Shown here piece by piece: positions 55,622 through 64,000 of a stretch of DNA of 64,000 nt. Positions within the stretch are counted from its first letter, which is position 1. Every line of letters begins with the position of its first letter. The DNA comes from Patescibacteria group bacterium (GTDB lineage Bacteria; Patescibacteriota; Patescibacteriia; UBA9570): assembly GCA_041660305.1 (NCBI GenBank), contig JBAZWO010000001.1, positions 113,909 through 177,908 of the forward strand. Reading direction: 5' to 3'. Under the pieces are notes generated by a model. That model saw only the letters and a list, made by a program, of their open reading frames with translations, ran no database searches and was not told where the DNA came from. A program made the position numbers and the translations under genes.

Positions 55622-56752
55622 TTAAATTTGTGAAAAAATTTCCAATATTTGCCGCGCGGATTTTTGCCAAGCGTAATTTTTAATTACCGCCTGGCCAGCT
55701 TGGGTTAACTGCGCACGCAATGCTGTGTTGACGTCAAATTCGTGCAGAGCGGCTGATATTTCCGCTACGGAATACGGATTAATATAATAAACTGCATTTT
55801 GTAATACTTCCGGCAACGCACCAACGTGGCTGGCAATCACCGGTACGCCATATTGCAAAGCTTCCAGTGGCGGAAAACCGAAGCCTTCGTAAATGCTGGG
55901 ATACAGCAAGCCGATAGCCTGCTGTAAAATAGCGGCTTTTTGCGCCGCGGTAACATAGCCTAAATAATGCGCGCGTGGTGTAGTTTGAATAGCTTGCAGA
56001 ATTTTTTTAGATTTCCAGCCAGCTGAACCAACTACCACTAAATGCAAATCGCTCGCTTTATGTAATGCACAAAAATGCTGAAACGCTACTAAGCTGGCTA
56101 ACACGTTTTTGCGCGGCTCCAAGGTAGCCAACAATAAAATATAGCGTTTAGGTAAATCGAGTAAATTAATATTAGTTTCGGTTGGGCTTGCTGTAACTGC
56201 TTCCGGTACGCCCGGATAAATCACTGTAATTTTGTCTGGTGATATTTTATACACCTGTTCTAAATCATGCTTAGTGGTTTGCGAAACCGCAATTAAATGC
56301 TTAGCCCGTTGAAATAGTTTACGGCTACATACGGCCCGATGCCACATGCGTCGGCGCCAAGATAAAAATTCCGGAAACAGCGCGAAACTTAAATCATGCA
56401 CCGTTAATATTAATGGTATATTTTTCGATAACGGCAAAAAATGCAAATTCGGCGCAAACCACCCGTCTACTCCGCCCACAATTTTATCCAGCCGCGGCGC
56501 TAAGCCAAGCCAGGCTAAGCCGTGATAAAACTTGTTCGGCCAGCGCCAGTGCACTAATTTAACGTTTTTATATCTAGCCAATGCCTGTAATCGGCTATTA
56601 TCAGCCAAGTTAACCGACCAGCCGCTGAAAAACAATTTAAACTCGTGATCCGGCACCAGCTCCACCAAATTTTTCACGATATGCCAAACATAAGTCCCCA
56701 CCCCCGATGGCTCCCTGTCCGTTAAAGATCTAACATCAATGCCAATGCGCAT
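55622..56752 (-). CDS. GT4 family glycosyltransferase
   Basis: MRIGIDVR, TVHDL, TLEPRKN and YPSIYEGFGFPPLEA motifs. Confidence 0.92.
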   Translation of the reverse strand: MRIGIDVRSLTDREPSGVGTYVWHIVKNLVELVPDHEFKLFFSGWSVNLADNSRLQALARYKNVKLVHWRWPNKFYHGLAWLGLAPRLDKIVGGVDGWFAPNLHFLPLSKNIPLILTVHDLSFALFPEFLSWRRRMWHRAVCSRKLFQRAKHLIAVSQTTKHDLEQVYKISPDKITVIYPGVPEAVTASPTETNINLLDLPKRYILLLATLEPRKNVLASLVAFQHFCALHKASDLHLVVVGSAGWKSKKILQAIQTTPRAHYLGYVTAAQKAAILQQAIGLLYPSIYEGFGFPPLEALQYGVPVIASHVGALPEVLQNAVYYINPYSVAEISAALHEFDVNTALRAQLTQAGQAVIKNYAWQKSARQILEIFSQI

Positions 56753-57047
56753 AGGGAAAGCATAGAATAAAGCATTAATTAAAACAACCCTTCGACTAAG
56801 CTCAGGGTTATTTTAGTTCTTCTGGGTATAAATATTTATTAATATTGCTACGCAAGAGAACTGGAACGAGAATATAGAGACGAAATGACCTCCTTAAGGA
56901 TGTCTCTCCCCCCGTTCCACGTCTCCGACCAATTTCGGAGCAACACCCTCTTGTAAGGATGAGCGGCACGCCTGTTTGCCGCTTTTTTTTCGTCGTCGTC
57001 GTTTTCAGTCGTCGTCCCCGGGCTTCAGGTCACCCGGGTAGTTCGTG

Positions 57048-57959
57048 CTAGACCTCTTCGTAGGATCTGAGTACGTTTTTTATCTCGACCCTCGTCACGA
57101 AAAAGTCGTGTCCGGAAGATTCGCAGATCGCGTTAAAATTTTCCCTGTCCAGAAAATCCCGAGCCCTTTCGAGAAGAGTGGGAGGCATCACTCCCACCAA
57201 CTTGACGAGCATCGGCATATTGAACAACGGAGAAAATCTACGTACGACCCCCTTGTTGTTTACGAGATACGCCACATTTGTTCCCGTTGAATCCAGCGGA
57301 ACTGGAGACGCTCCTTTGGCTATCATAATCAGCTCCTCAAAACCGCCTCCATAATGTCCAGAGGCCAGCCACAATTCGAGCACCTTGGAATCAGAAGAAA
57401 CTACGTTGATCTCGAATACCGACCCCCACAAAACACGAAACTCTCCAGTTCTATCCGGAGGAGCTATAGTATCTGGATCAATTTTTACCACGATCGGCTC
57501 TCCTCCGGGTGCCAGCTCCACAGACGCCTCGATCTTGGTCAGCTCTCCGCCGCAGAGACTGGCGGTCTCGGCGTCGAACGCGACGTCAGTCAACAAAAAA
57601 AACTTTCCGGTTTCTGACTCGAACTTGACTTTGTCTCCATCGCGCCAGACAGGAGCGAGCTTCACCAGCACTGCAGAGACTTTTTCCCCCTCAACAATAA
57701 ATGTGACGGGGAGGACAAGCTCAAGTGCTTGATTGATGCGATCGCTGGTTGGACTGAATTCCGGCGGCCAGTTCGCCGGAGTTTTGAGCGTTCTAGCAGC
57801 CTCTATGGCATCCTGGCAGACAATTTCCAGTTTCTCCAGCGAAAAACTGTAGCCGTCCGCTGGAACGGAAAGACACAACCCCTTCCGAACCACCTTGAGC
57901 TCGACCAGGTCGAGACTCTCGGCTGTAAGAAGGGTTTTCGGGTTTCGAACCTTTGCCAT
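57048..57959 (-). CDS. Orphan hypothetical protein, GC-rich island 3
   Basis: About 303-aa ORF, GC clearly above the flanks, SD AGGAG; no motif recognised. Confidence 0.7.
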   Translation of the reverse strand: MAKVRNPKTLLTAESLDLVELKVVRKGLCLSVPADGYSFSLEKLEIVCQDAIEAARTLKTPANWPPEFSPTSDRINQALELVLPVTFIVEGEKVSAVLVKLAPVWRDGDKVKFESETGKFFLLTDVAFDAETASLCGGELTKIEASVELAPGGEPIVVKIDPDTIAPPDRTGEFRVLWGSVFEINVVSSDSKVLELWLASGHYGGGFEELIMIAKGASPVPLDSTGTNVAYLVNNKGVVRRFSPLFNMPMLVKLVGVMPPTLLERARDFLDRENFNAICESSGHDFFVTRVEIKNVLRSYEEV

Positions 57960-58128
57960 CACCTTCTCCTATTTCGTGCCATTCTGTAACAAAAAAGCAT
58001 CGAGCGCGGCACGGACGCTGCGACGCTTTACGAACAACGAAAAATTTTGTTCAAAACAAATGAATAAGGTTTATAAATATATAACAAAAAAATGACTATA
58101 AACATCATTCCTCTATCTTCAAATTATA

Positions 58129-58196
58129 TGTAAAAGAGCAATTGTTACATATAAATTGTAACGCATCACCTTAACTAATTTTTTGGTTTTTGTCAA
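58129..58196 (-). promoter_or_regulatory. Promoter plus hairpin plus boxA-like antitermination motif
   Basis: TTGACA, 17 nt, TAAGGT; hairpin GTTACA...TGTAAC; TGCTCTTTTACA (11/12 to the E. coli rrn boxA TGCTCTTTAACA). Confidence 0.65.
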
Positions 58197-58198
58197 TA

Positions 58199-59665
58199 CT
58201 ACTTGTAAACACCCGTGCTCTCTTCTACATCCTCATCATTGACTGGCCGTTTTCTGAATAAGATAAAATTATCTGTCGCTTTAGCATACGTGTTGGCTGT
58301 TTTTTGTACTGCTTCTAAATAGGCAATTTTTTCTAGTAGTGCAGTATGGTTTGCTCCAGCTGGCATTGTTTTTTCTTGATCTTTTAAGGCTTGGGTTCGG
58401 CTAATTAATTTTTTATTTTCGGCAATGTCTTTAAAATAAGCGCGCAATGATTCTACGCCAGCCACCATGGCGGCTTCTTGTTCTCCTAAAAGCGCATAAG
58501 CTAAGCCGTAGCTTTTGGCAAATCCAAAGGCTAAAGACACCGGCAAGGGGGTATTGTAAGCAATGGCCACATCTAAGTTTACATTTTGGTCGCACATGGC
58601 TCGCTTAGTAAATGGAGCAGACCAACAAGACATTATTATTGCTGCCCTTAAGTTAGGGTTAACTTCAGTAGCTCGTTTTAAGTAATTTGTTACTTGTTGA
58701 TCAGATAACACAATTCTGCCAGTTTTTGCAGGAGCGTAACCAACCTCTATGCCACGCACTTCTTCCGTGTCGGCATAATCAATTTTTTGTGCCGTAACTA
58801 CAAAAGAACCGGTTACTACTCTATCGCCAGAGTTTACGGTTTGCATAATTGTTTTAGTTTTTAAATCAAGCGTATCTCCTAACGTGCCGTGAGCACAAAG
58901 AAAAATCGTTTCTGCGCCTGGATTTTCTTTAATTGCTGAAGTCATTTCTCCAATTTGTACTCGCTCATGAATAGATACAACCGGAGGGTGAGATAATCGT
59001 TGCAAGCCTTCTTGTAAAACATGCGCTATGCCCGTACCTTCTTCGGCCATAACTAAAGCAACAATTGGCTTGAGTTCACTTGTTGTTGCAGTTGTTAAAT
59101 CAGATTTTTCTGTAAAACCTAATTCAGCTGAAGCTACTGCAACCTGTTGATCTGCTTGCTGAGTAAAATCGGTAGCTGTTTTAGCGGCAGCTACAATGCG
59201 TTGTTCTTTTTGTAGATCATTTGATTGATCATTTGATGCTTCCCCTCTATAAACATCTTCTTCCGCTTGATTTTGATCATCAATCGACAAAATTGCTAGA
59301 TCAGCTTCCGTAGCTTTTGTTTTAGCTAAAAAATATTGTTCACGTTCATTATCGGACAATTCATTAACAATCACTGAAGTGCGCATATCAAATAAGCGCA
59401 ATAATTTTTTCAGATGGGTTCGTGCCCATTCGGCTATTTCTTGTTTTTTTAGCTTATCATTCCGATCGTTATTAAATGTTCTTAAATCAACCTTAAGGTC
59501 GGTAGCGTTTGCTGAGGCTTGGGTAAAAACATCTGTTATTTCCGCATCGATAGCAATAATTTTTTCTTGCGGAGTTTTCGCCTTTTCAAGAGCATATTCT
59601 AAAAGGATTCTTCCTCTTACTCCATCCCTACTATTATTATTTGGTTCTTTATTGTCATGAGACAT
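58199..59665 (-). CDS. Protein with CHAT/caspase-like peptidase domain and helical N-terminus
   Basis: IFLCAHG (His-Gly) and AIIMSCWS (Cys) dyad motifs followed by AIAY...AFGFAKSY; start moved to ATG 59665. Confidence 0.6.
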   Translation of the reverse strand: MSHDNKEPNNNSRDGVRGRILLEYALEKAKTPQEKIIAIDAEITDVFTQASANATDLKVDLRTFNNDRNDKLKKQEIAEWARTHLKKLLRLFDMRTSVIVNELSDNEREQYFLAKTKATEADLAILSIDDQNQAEEDVYRGEASNDQSNDLQKEQRIVAAAKTATDFTQQADQQVAVASAELGFTEKSDLTTATTSELKPIVALVMAEEGTGIAHVLQEGLQRLSHPPVVSIHERVQIGEMTSAIKENPGAETIFLCAHGTLGDTLDLKTKTIMQTVNSGDRVVTGSFVVTAQKIDYADTEEVRGIEVGYAPAKTGRIVLSDQQVTNYLKRATEVNPNLRAAIIMSCWSAPFTKRAMCDQNVNLDVAIAYNTPLPVSLAFGFAKSYGLAYALLGEQEAAMVAGVESLRAYFKDIAENKKLISRTQALKDQEKTMPAGANHTALLEKIAYLEAVQKTANTYAKATDNFILFRKRPVNDEDVEESTGVYK

Positions 59666-59735
59666 AGATATAATTTTGCTTAAAAATAGCACAGATTACC
59701 GAAAAAATCAAGTACCTGATATAATCTGTGATTCT

Positions 59736-60419
59736 TTATTCCGGAATAATATTTATTATAAAAATAACTTTTTCTATAATATATAAACCAATTAAGCCAA
59801 ACATTAACAACCGGTATTTTAACCGCTGAAGCGGCACGGTAGTTTGTTTTATCCGTACGTGGCACCAGCGCGTGCCGGCAATGAGTATAAATAAATACGG
59901 AATAATAAGCAGGGCTAAAATTCTAGACATGACCAAAGAGCCGGCTTGAAAAACCAATGACGGCGTAAGAATAATAAATGGCCAAAACCACCGGTTATCC
60001 GCCGGATCCCACCACGCCAAAATGATATAAAGCCCGCCGATAACTAAACTAATTATTAATGAACTAGTAATAATGGGGTTAGTTTTTTTATTGATTATTT
60101 TTACCGGTTGATGCACTGTAGCTAATGCGTTATAACGCAGACTAAACAAGCTACCAAGGCTAGCTAAAATTAGATTAGGTATAATTATTAAACTCAAAAT
60201 CGGCCAGAGATTAAGCACATAGGCTAAAACGCATTGCGTGGCACCATAAATAATTAAAGAAATAATCAATTGCCAGAATCTATGGCTCTTAATCTTTCGC
60301 AACATAAAAAACCCAACGCCAGCTGGCACTAACAACATTGCAATTATCATCGCTCCATAAGTCAGTACTGTCGATTCTGCTTTAGCTAAAATACCGGCGA
60401 TTAAACCGTAAAAAAGCAT
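59736..60419 (-). CDS. Hypothetical multi-pass membrane protein
   Basis: Seven or more hydrophobic segments; frame stays open upstream (INWRKAWIIGGGG...) without ATG/GTG/TTG, so the start is uncertain. Confidence 0.65.
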   Translation of the reverse strand: MLFYGLIAGILAKAESTVLTYGAMIIAMLLVPAGVGFFMLRKIKSHRFWQLIISLIIYGATQCVLAYVLNLWPILSLIIIPNLILASLGSLFSLRYNALATVHQPVKIINKKTNPIITSSLIISLVIGGLYIILAWWDPADNRWFWPFIILTPSLVFQAGSLVMSRILALLIIPYLFILIAGTRWCHVRIKQTTVPLQRLKYRLLMFGLIGLYIIEKVIFIINIIPE

Positions 60420-60534
60420 GTAACTTAAATCAGTAATAATTGCTCCGCCGCCGCCAATTATCCAGGCTTTGCGCCAATTTATATTAATTATATTAATAAA
60501 AAATTTGTTAATATTTTTTTAGTTTATGTGTTAT

Positions 60535-60993
60535 TTATCTTGGTCTTCTGCGGCGTGGTTTTGTTGCTTCATTATAAGCTGCTGTTAATGGCTGGCCAAC
60601 TTTACGTTCTAATTCGCTAGCTAATTTTTTATCCGGTTCAGCTAAAAATTTTTCAGGCTTTAATGGTTCATGTGTTCTTACAATACGCTTTTTTGATTCA
60701 CTAGGAGATGTTTTATCTATTGCTGGCCCCTGTTCTTCTTTTAAATAAATTCTTACTATATCAGTAAGCTGGTGTAAATTTGGGCCAACAGAATGGTAAC
60801 CCTTTTCAGCCAACTCAAAAATGTGTTTAACATGTTCATCTGATATATCTTCTAACGTTACTTTTGGTATTGGTTGATTACAATTACTACAGTCTACTTT
60901 ACCTAAATAAGCCGCTACAGCTGCTTCTGTCTTATCTGCATAATTATCAATATTATCTTGGTTACAACCCGGACAAACGCAAATTTCTATCAT
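60535..60993 (-). CDS. Hypothetical protein with N-terminal CxxC...CxxC
   Basis: CPGC and CSNC; basic C-terminal tail. Confidence 0.65.
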   Translation of the reverse strand: MIEICVCPGCNQDNIDNYADKTEAAVAAYLGKVDCSNCNQPIPKVTLEDISDEHVKHIFELAEKGYHSVGPNLHQLTDIVRIYLKEEQGPAIDKTSPSESKKRIVRTHEPLKPEKFLAEPDKKLASELERKVGQPLTAAYNEATKPRRRRPR

Positions 60994-61006
60994 ATTTTTT
61001 AAATCA

Positions 61007-61055
61007 TTCCCCCTCTCTCCTTAGAGGAGAGAGGGGGTAAGGGGGAGTGAGGTAG
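61007..61055. repeat. Right-half copy of the double-hairpin element
   Basis: TTCCCCCTCTCTCCTTAGAGGAGAGAGGGGGTAAGGGGGAGTGAGGTAG next to a stop codon. Confidence 0.85.
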
Positions 61056-61056
61056 T

Positions 61057-61665
61057 TTAACTCTGCAAATATCTTTTCAAATAAACTAATACTCCAGCTA
61101 ATAACCAACCGGCTACTAACCCGGCTCCGGCTACTAACCAAGGATTAAGTGGTTCATACACAATCACCGGCGTACTAGCTGTTAATGAAAATAAATTTTT
61201 ACCAGCTTCATTTTGTTGTGCGGCTACAGCATGTTCAGTTAATACTGTAGTCATGGCTTTTGCTAAAGTATCCGCTTCAGCTTGTTGATAACGACTAAAT
61301 TTAACGGTAAATTGTTGTGCAGAACCTTGATCGGCTCTAAATTGACTAGTAAACTTGGCTAAATTAGTAATATCATAGCCAACGTTAGCTTGCTGATAAA
61401 TTTGCTCAATCACACCAGCGCTATTTAACAAACTCATTAAATATTGAGTAAATAATTCCGCTCCTTTTAAATCATAGTAAGAACCATATTGATAATCGGC
61501 TGAAACCGGCCGATTCACTAAGCTTACTTCATAATCTACCACGGTCGTATAAATTGGCTGGCGTTGCTTTACTATCACAAAAGCCGCCACAGCCGTAATG
61601 ATACCGAAGCCGATAATAAACCAAGTAAATTTCTTTAAATATTGTAACTCTTGTTTTAATTCCAT
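61057..61665 (-). CDS. Wzz/CpsC-like two-TM protein
   Basis: MELKQEL..LKK start, TM, extracytoplasmic loop, terminal TM; located in an EPS cluster. Confidence 0.65.
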   Translation of the reverse strand: MELKQELQYLKKFTWFIIGFGIITAVAAFVIVKQRQPIYTTVVDYEVSLVNRPVSADYQYGSYYDLKGAELFTQYLMSLLNSAGVIEQIYQQANVGYDITNLAKFTSQFRADQGSAQQFTVKFSRYQQAEADTLAKAMTTVLTEHAVAAQQNEAGKNLFSLTASTPVIVYEPLNPWLVAGAGLVAGWLLAGVLVYLKRYLQS

Positions 61666-61685
61666 AAAATTGATGAGCTTGAAAA

Positions 61686-62795
61686 TTAATTAATCAATAT
61701 ATTTTTTTTATACTCTTGATACGAGGTTGTAACATAAGCTTGTATACTGGCTTTGAATTTGGTTAATGAAAACTCTTCGGCGCGCGCTCCAATAGTTTGT
61801 GCATTGTATTGTTCTGGTTTAAAATGCATAATAGCATCGGCCAAATCTTCCCAAGTTTGTTCCGCAAAAAACTCTCCAGTAATGCCGGGCTGCACAATTT
61901 CCGTAGCACCACCGCGTTGATACGCTAACACCGGCCTACCACAAGCCATGGCCTCAATCATGGTGATACCAAAATCTTCCACCTGCGGATTAATAAACGC
62001 CAACGCTCCGCCGTATAATTTATTTAATTGCTCGCCAGACACTCGCCCAACAAATTCAATATTTGATTTAGCTAATCTTTTCAACGAATTTAATTCTGGG
62101 CCATCACCAAAAATTTTAATTGGCCGACCAATTCTGTTAAATGCCGCCACAATTAAATCAAATCGTTTGTACGCCACCATGCGCCCACCCGCTAAATAAT
62201 AATCTTGCGGCTGACCAATATTAAACTGCGCTGTATTTACTGGCGGATAAATAATGGTGCTGGATTTTTTATAATATTTTTGAATCCGGGTTTGCACTAA
62301 TTTTGAATTAGCAATATATTCATCCACCCGATCGGCGGCCATTTTATCCCAAATTCTGATGTTCGATAAAAAAAACGGTAATAACTTTTTTACTAGTCGA
62401 TTCACTCCCAACTCCTGCACATAACTATGCGTATCACTCCACAAATAACGCGTCGGCGTGTGACAATAACAAATATGTAACGTGTCCGGCCGAGTAATAA
62501 CGCCCTTAGCAAACGAGGCCGTGCTAGATAATACCACATCATAATCCATCAAATCGTAACTCTCTACGGCCGTTGGCATTAATGGAAAAAACCATTGATA
62601 ATGTGATACACCAAATGGCAGGTGTTGTAAAAAAGAAGTTTGTATATGGCGTTGCCTAAAAATAGGATTAGCTGACCGCACATCATGAACTAATACAAAC
62701 GTGGGCGCAGTTGGCCATATTTCCTGGAACGCCTGCAATACTTTTTCGGCGCCGCCATCCTGGGCTAAATGATCGTGTACTAAAGCAATTTTCAT
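61686..62795 (-). CDS. GT4 family glycosyltransferase
   Basis: MKIALVHDHL..GGAEKV, YCHTPTRYLW and EDFGITMIEAMACG motifs; start moved to ATG 62795. Confidence 0.92.
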   Translation of the reverse strand: MKIALVHDHLAQDGGAEKVLQAFQEIWPTAPTFVLVHDVRSANPIFRQRHIQTSFLQHLPFGVSHYQWFFPLMPTAVESYDLMDYDVVLSSTASFAKGVITRPDTLHICYCHTPTRYLWSDTHSYVQELGVNRLVKKLLPFFLSNIRIWDKMAADRVDEYIANSKLVQTRIQKYYKKSSTIIYPPVNTAQFNIGQPQDYYLAGGRMVAYKRFDLIVAAFNRIGRPIKIFGDGPELNSLKRLAKSNIEFVGRVSGEQLNKLYGGALAFINPQVEDFGITMIEAMACGRPVLAYQRGGATEIVQPGITGEFFAEQTWEDLADAIMHFKPEQYNAQTIGARAEEFSLTKFKASIQAYVTTSYQEYKKNILIN

Positions 62796-62815
62796 ATAGT
62801 TAATATCATAACACA

Positions 62816-64000
62816 TTATAACGCTTCCCGTTCTTTAAACATCGCTAACGGCGTTTTAAACGAAATATACAAATCCAGCCAAATACTCCAATTTTCCATA
62901 TAATAGATATCCAAATTCACCTCTTCTTCAAAGTCTAAATCCGAGCGCCCAAAAATTTGCGCCAAGCCAGTAATACCCGGTTTCATATTTAAAACGATTT
63001 TATGCTGATCGGTATACTTAGCTACTTCCCGTGGTTGATGCGGCCGTGGCCCTATTATGCTCATTTGCCCTAATAATACATTGGCAAATTGTGGCAACTC
63101 ATCTAGTGAAGTACGCCGGATAAAGCGCCCTACTTTTGTTACGCGCGGATCATTTTTTATTTTGTATAATGGCCCCACTTTAATACTTTTTTCTGTAATT
63201 AATTGTTGTTCTAATTTTAAAGCTTCATTGGAACTATCAAACTGTTCGCCAATACAATATTGAGCAAACATGGAACGAAATTTATATGTGTCAAATGGCT
63301 TACCGTTTTCACCAATTCGGCGATTACGATAAATCACTGGGCCAGTAGATTCTATTTTTATAGCCAAAGCAATACCGGCTAATAACGGGCTAATTAATAT
63401 TAGAACAAAAGCTGAAAACACCAGGTCTAGGGAGCGTTTTACGATTCTGCCCCAGCCACGTAACGCAGTATTATGCACTTCTACAATCGGAATACCGGCT
63501 AGTGGCCGAATGGTCATGTTTGTAATTTGGGCATCAAACAAATCAGCGGCGTATTTAAATTGCAAATGATGCACTTTGCAAAACTGAATTAACTGATTGG
63601 CTTGGGCGCGCGTAAAATCCGGATCCGTGACAATTACTTCGTCTACTTGTTTTAGCTTGATAATTTTTTCTAATTTAGTGAACAAATCCATAGTAATTTT
63701 ATTGGCTCGCTCTACAACCCGTAAGCCTAATTGCGGATAACGGGTAATTGTATCATTTAACACCCGGGCGGTACGATTATCGCCAATTAATAATACTTGA
63801 TGGGCACCTAAACCACGTTTTAACAAAAACCGTTCAATTTGAATAACCGTAAAGCGCATCAGCGCTACTAACACAATGCTAATGGCCCAAGTAGTAAGAA
63901 TAATAAAACGTGAAGAAAATAATTCACGATTAAAAAATAAAAAAATAATTACAAACGTTATTCCCGTAGAACACGCTACAAATATTTTACGAAATTCATC
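62816..64000 (-). CDS. Exopolysaccharide priming polyprenyl glycosylphosphotransferase (WcaJ-like), 5' end outside the window
   Basis: KRSLD, YKFRSM, DPRVTKVGRFIRRTSLDELPQ, GPRP and KPGITGLAQ motifs; frame open to position 64000. Confidence 0.93.
   Translation of the reverse strand, partial: DEFRKIFVACSTGITFVIIFLFFNRELFSSRFIILTTWAISIVLVALMRFTVIQIERFLLKRGLGAHQVLLIGDNRTARVLNDTITRYPQLGLRVVERANKITMDLFTKLEKIIKLKQVDEVIVTDPDFTRAQANQLIQFCKVHHLQFKYAADLFDAQITNMTIRPLAGIPIVEVHNTALRGWGRIVKRSLDLVFSAFVLILISPLLAGIALAIKIESTGPVIYRNRRIGENGKPFDTYKFRSMFAQYCIGEQFDSSNEALKLEQQLITEKSIKVGPLYKIKNDPRVTKVGRFIRRTSLDELPQFANVLLGQMSIIGPRPHQPREVAKYTDQHKIVLNMKPGITGLAQIFGRSDLDFEEEVNLDIYYMENWSIWLDLYISFKTPLAMFKEREAL

Noticed and set aside
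56786-56809. AACCCTTCGACTAAGCTCAGGGTT as a further repeat family
   Set aside because: Single copy in the window; resembles small palindromic repeats seen in other bacteria but cannot be shown to be repeated here
57048-57959. Bacterial gasdermin next to the CHAT-like protease
   Set aside because: No recognisable gasdermin N-terminal Cys motif, and the gene has its own promoter and a different base composition; only a structure search could revive the idea

Overview
AT-rich bacterial chromosome segment, mostly coded on the - strand. Gene content suggests Patescibacteria/CPR (inference from DUF4012, a TrmB-type regulator, split transketolase, and many SD-less or leaderless genes). Core functions: cell wall and division (murB, murC, murG, ftsW, murJ), lepA, lgt, folC, a non-oxidative pentose-phosphate/glycerate cluster and exopolysaccharide genes. 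Six things stand out. (1) A GC-rich four-gene operon (J-domain protein, vWA protein, MotA/ExbB-like, MotB/OmpA-like) resembles a Zorya-type motor with different partner genes; it sits among MNT/HEPN modules and between two copies of a 38-bp direct repeat. (2) A DUF559 nuclease gene lies inside composite terminal inverted repeats, and about ten gene-less copies of those repeats are dispersed through the window, one inserted in frame into murG. (3) Three GC-rich islands share one expression design: TTGACA-17 promoter, boxA-like motif, hairpin-rich leader and SD-led genes. (4) GTAG-type palindromes lie inside coding sequences. (5) A promoter-terminator unit encodes a 14-aa Cys-rich peptide. (6) Several toxin/nuclease genes have lost their catalytic cores. 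No rRNA, tRNA or CRISPR array was recognised. All family assignments are by motif recognition, without database searches.
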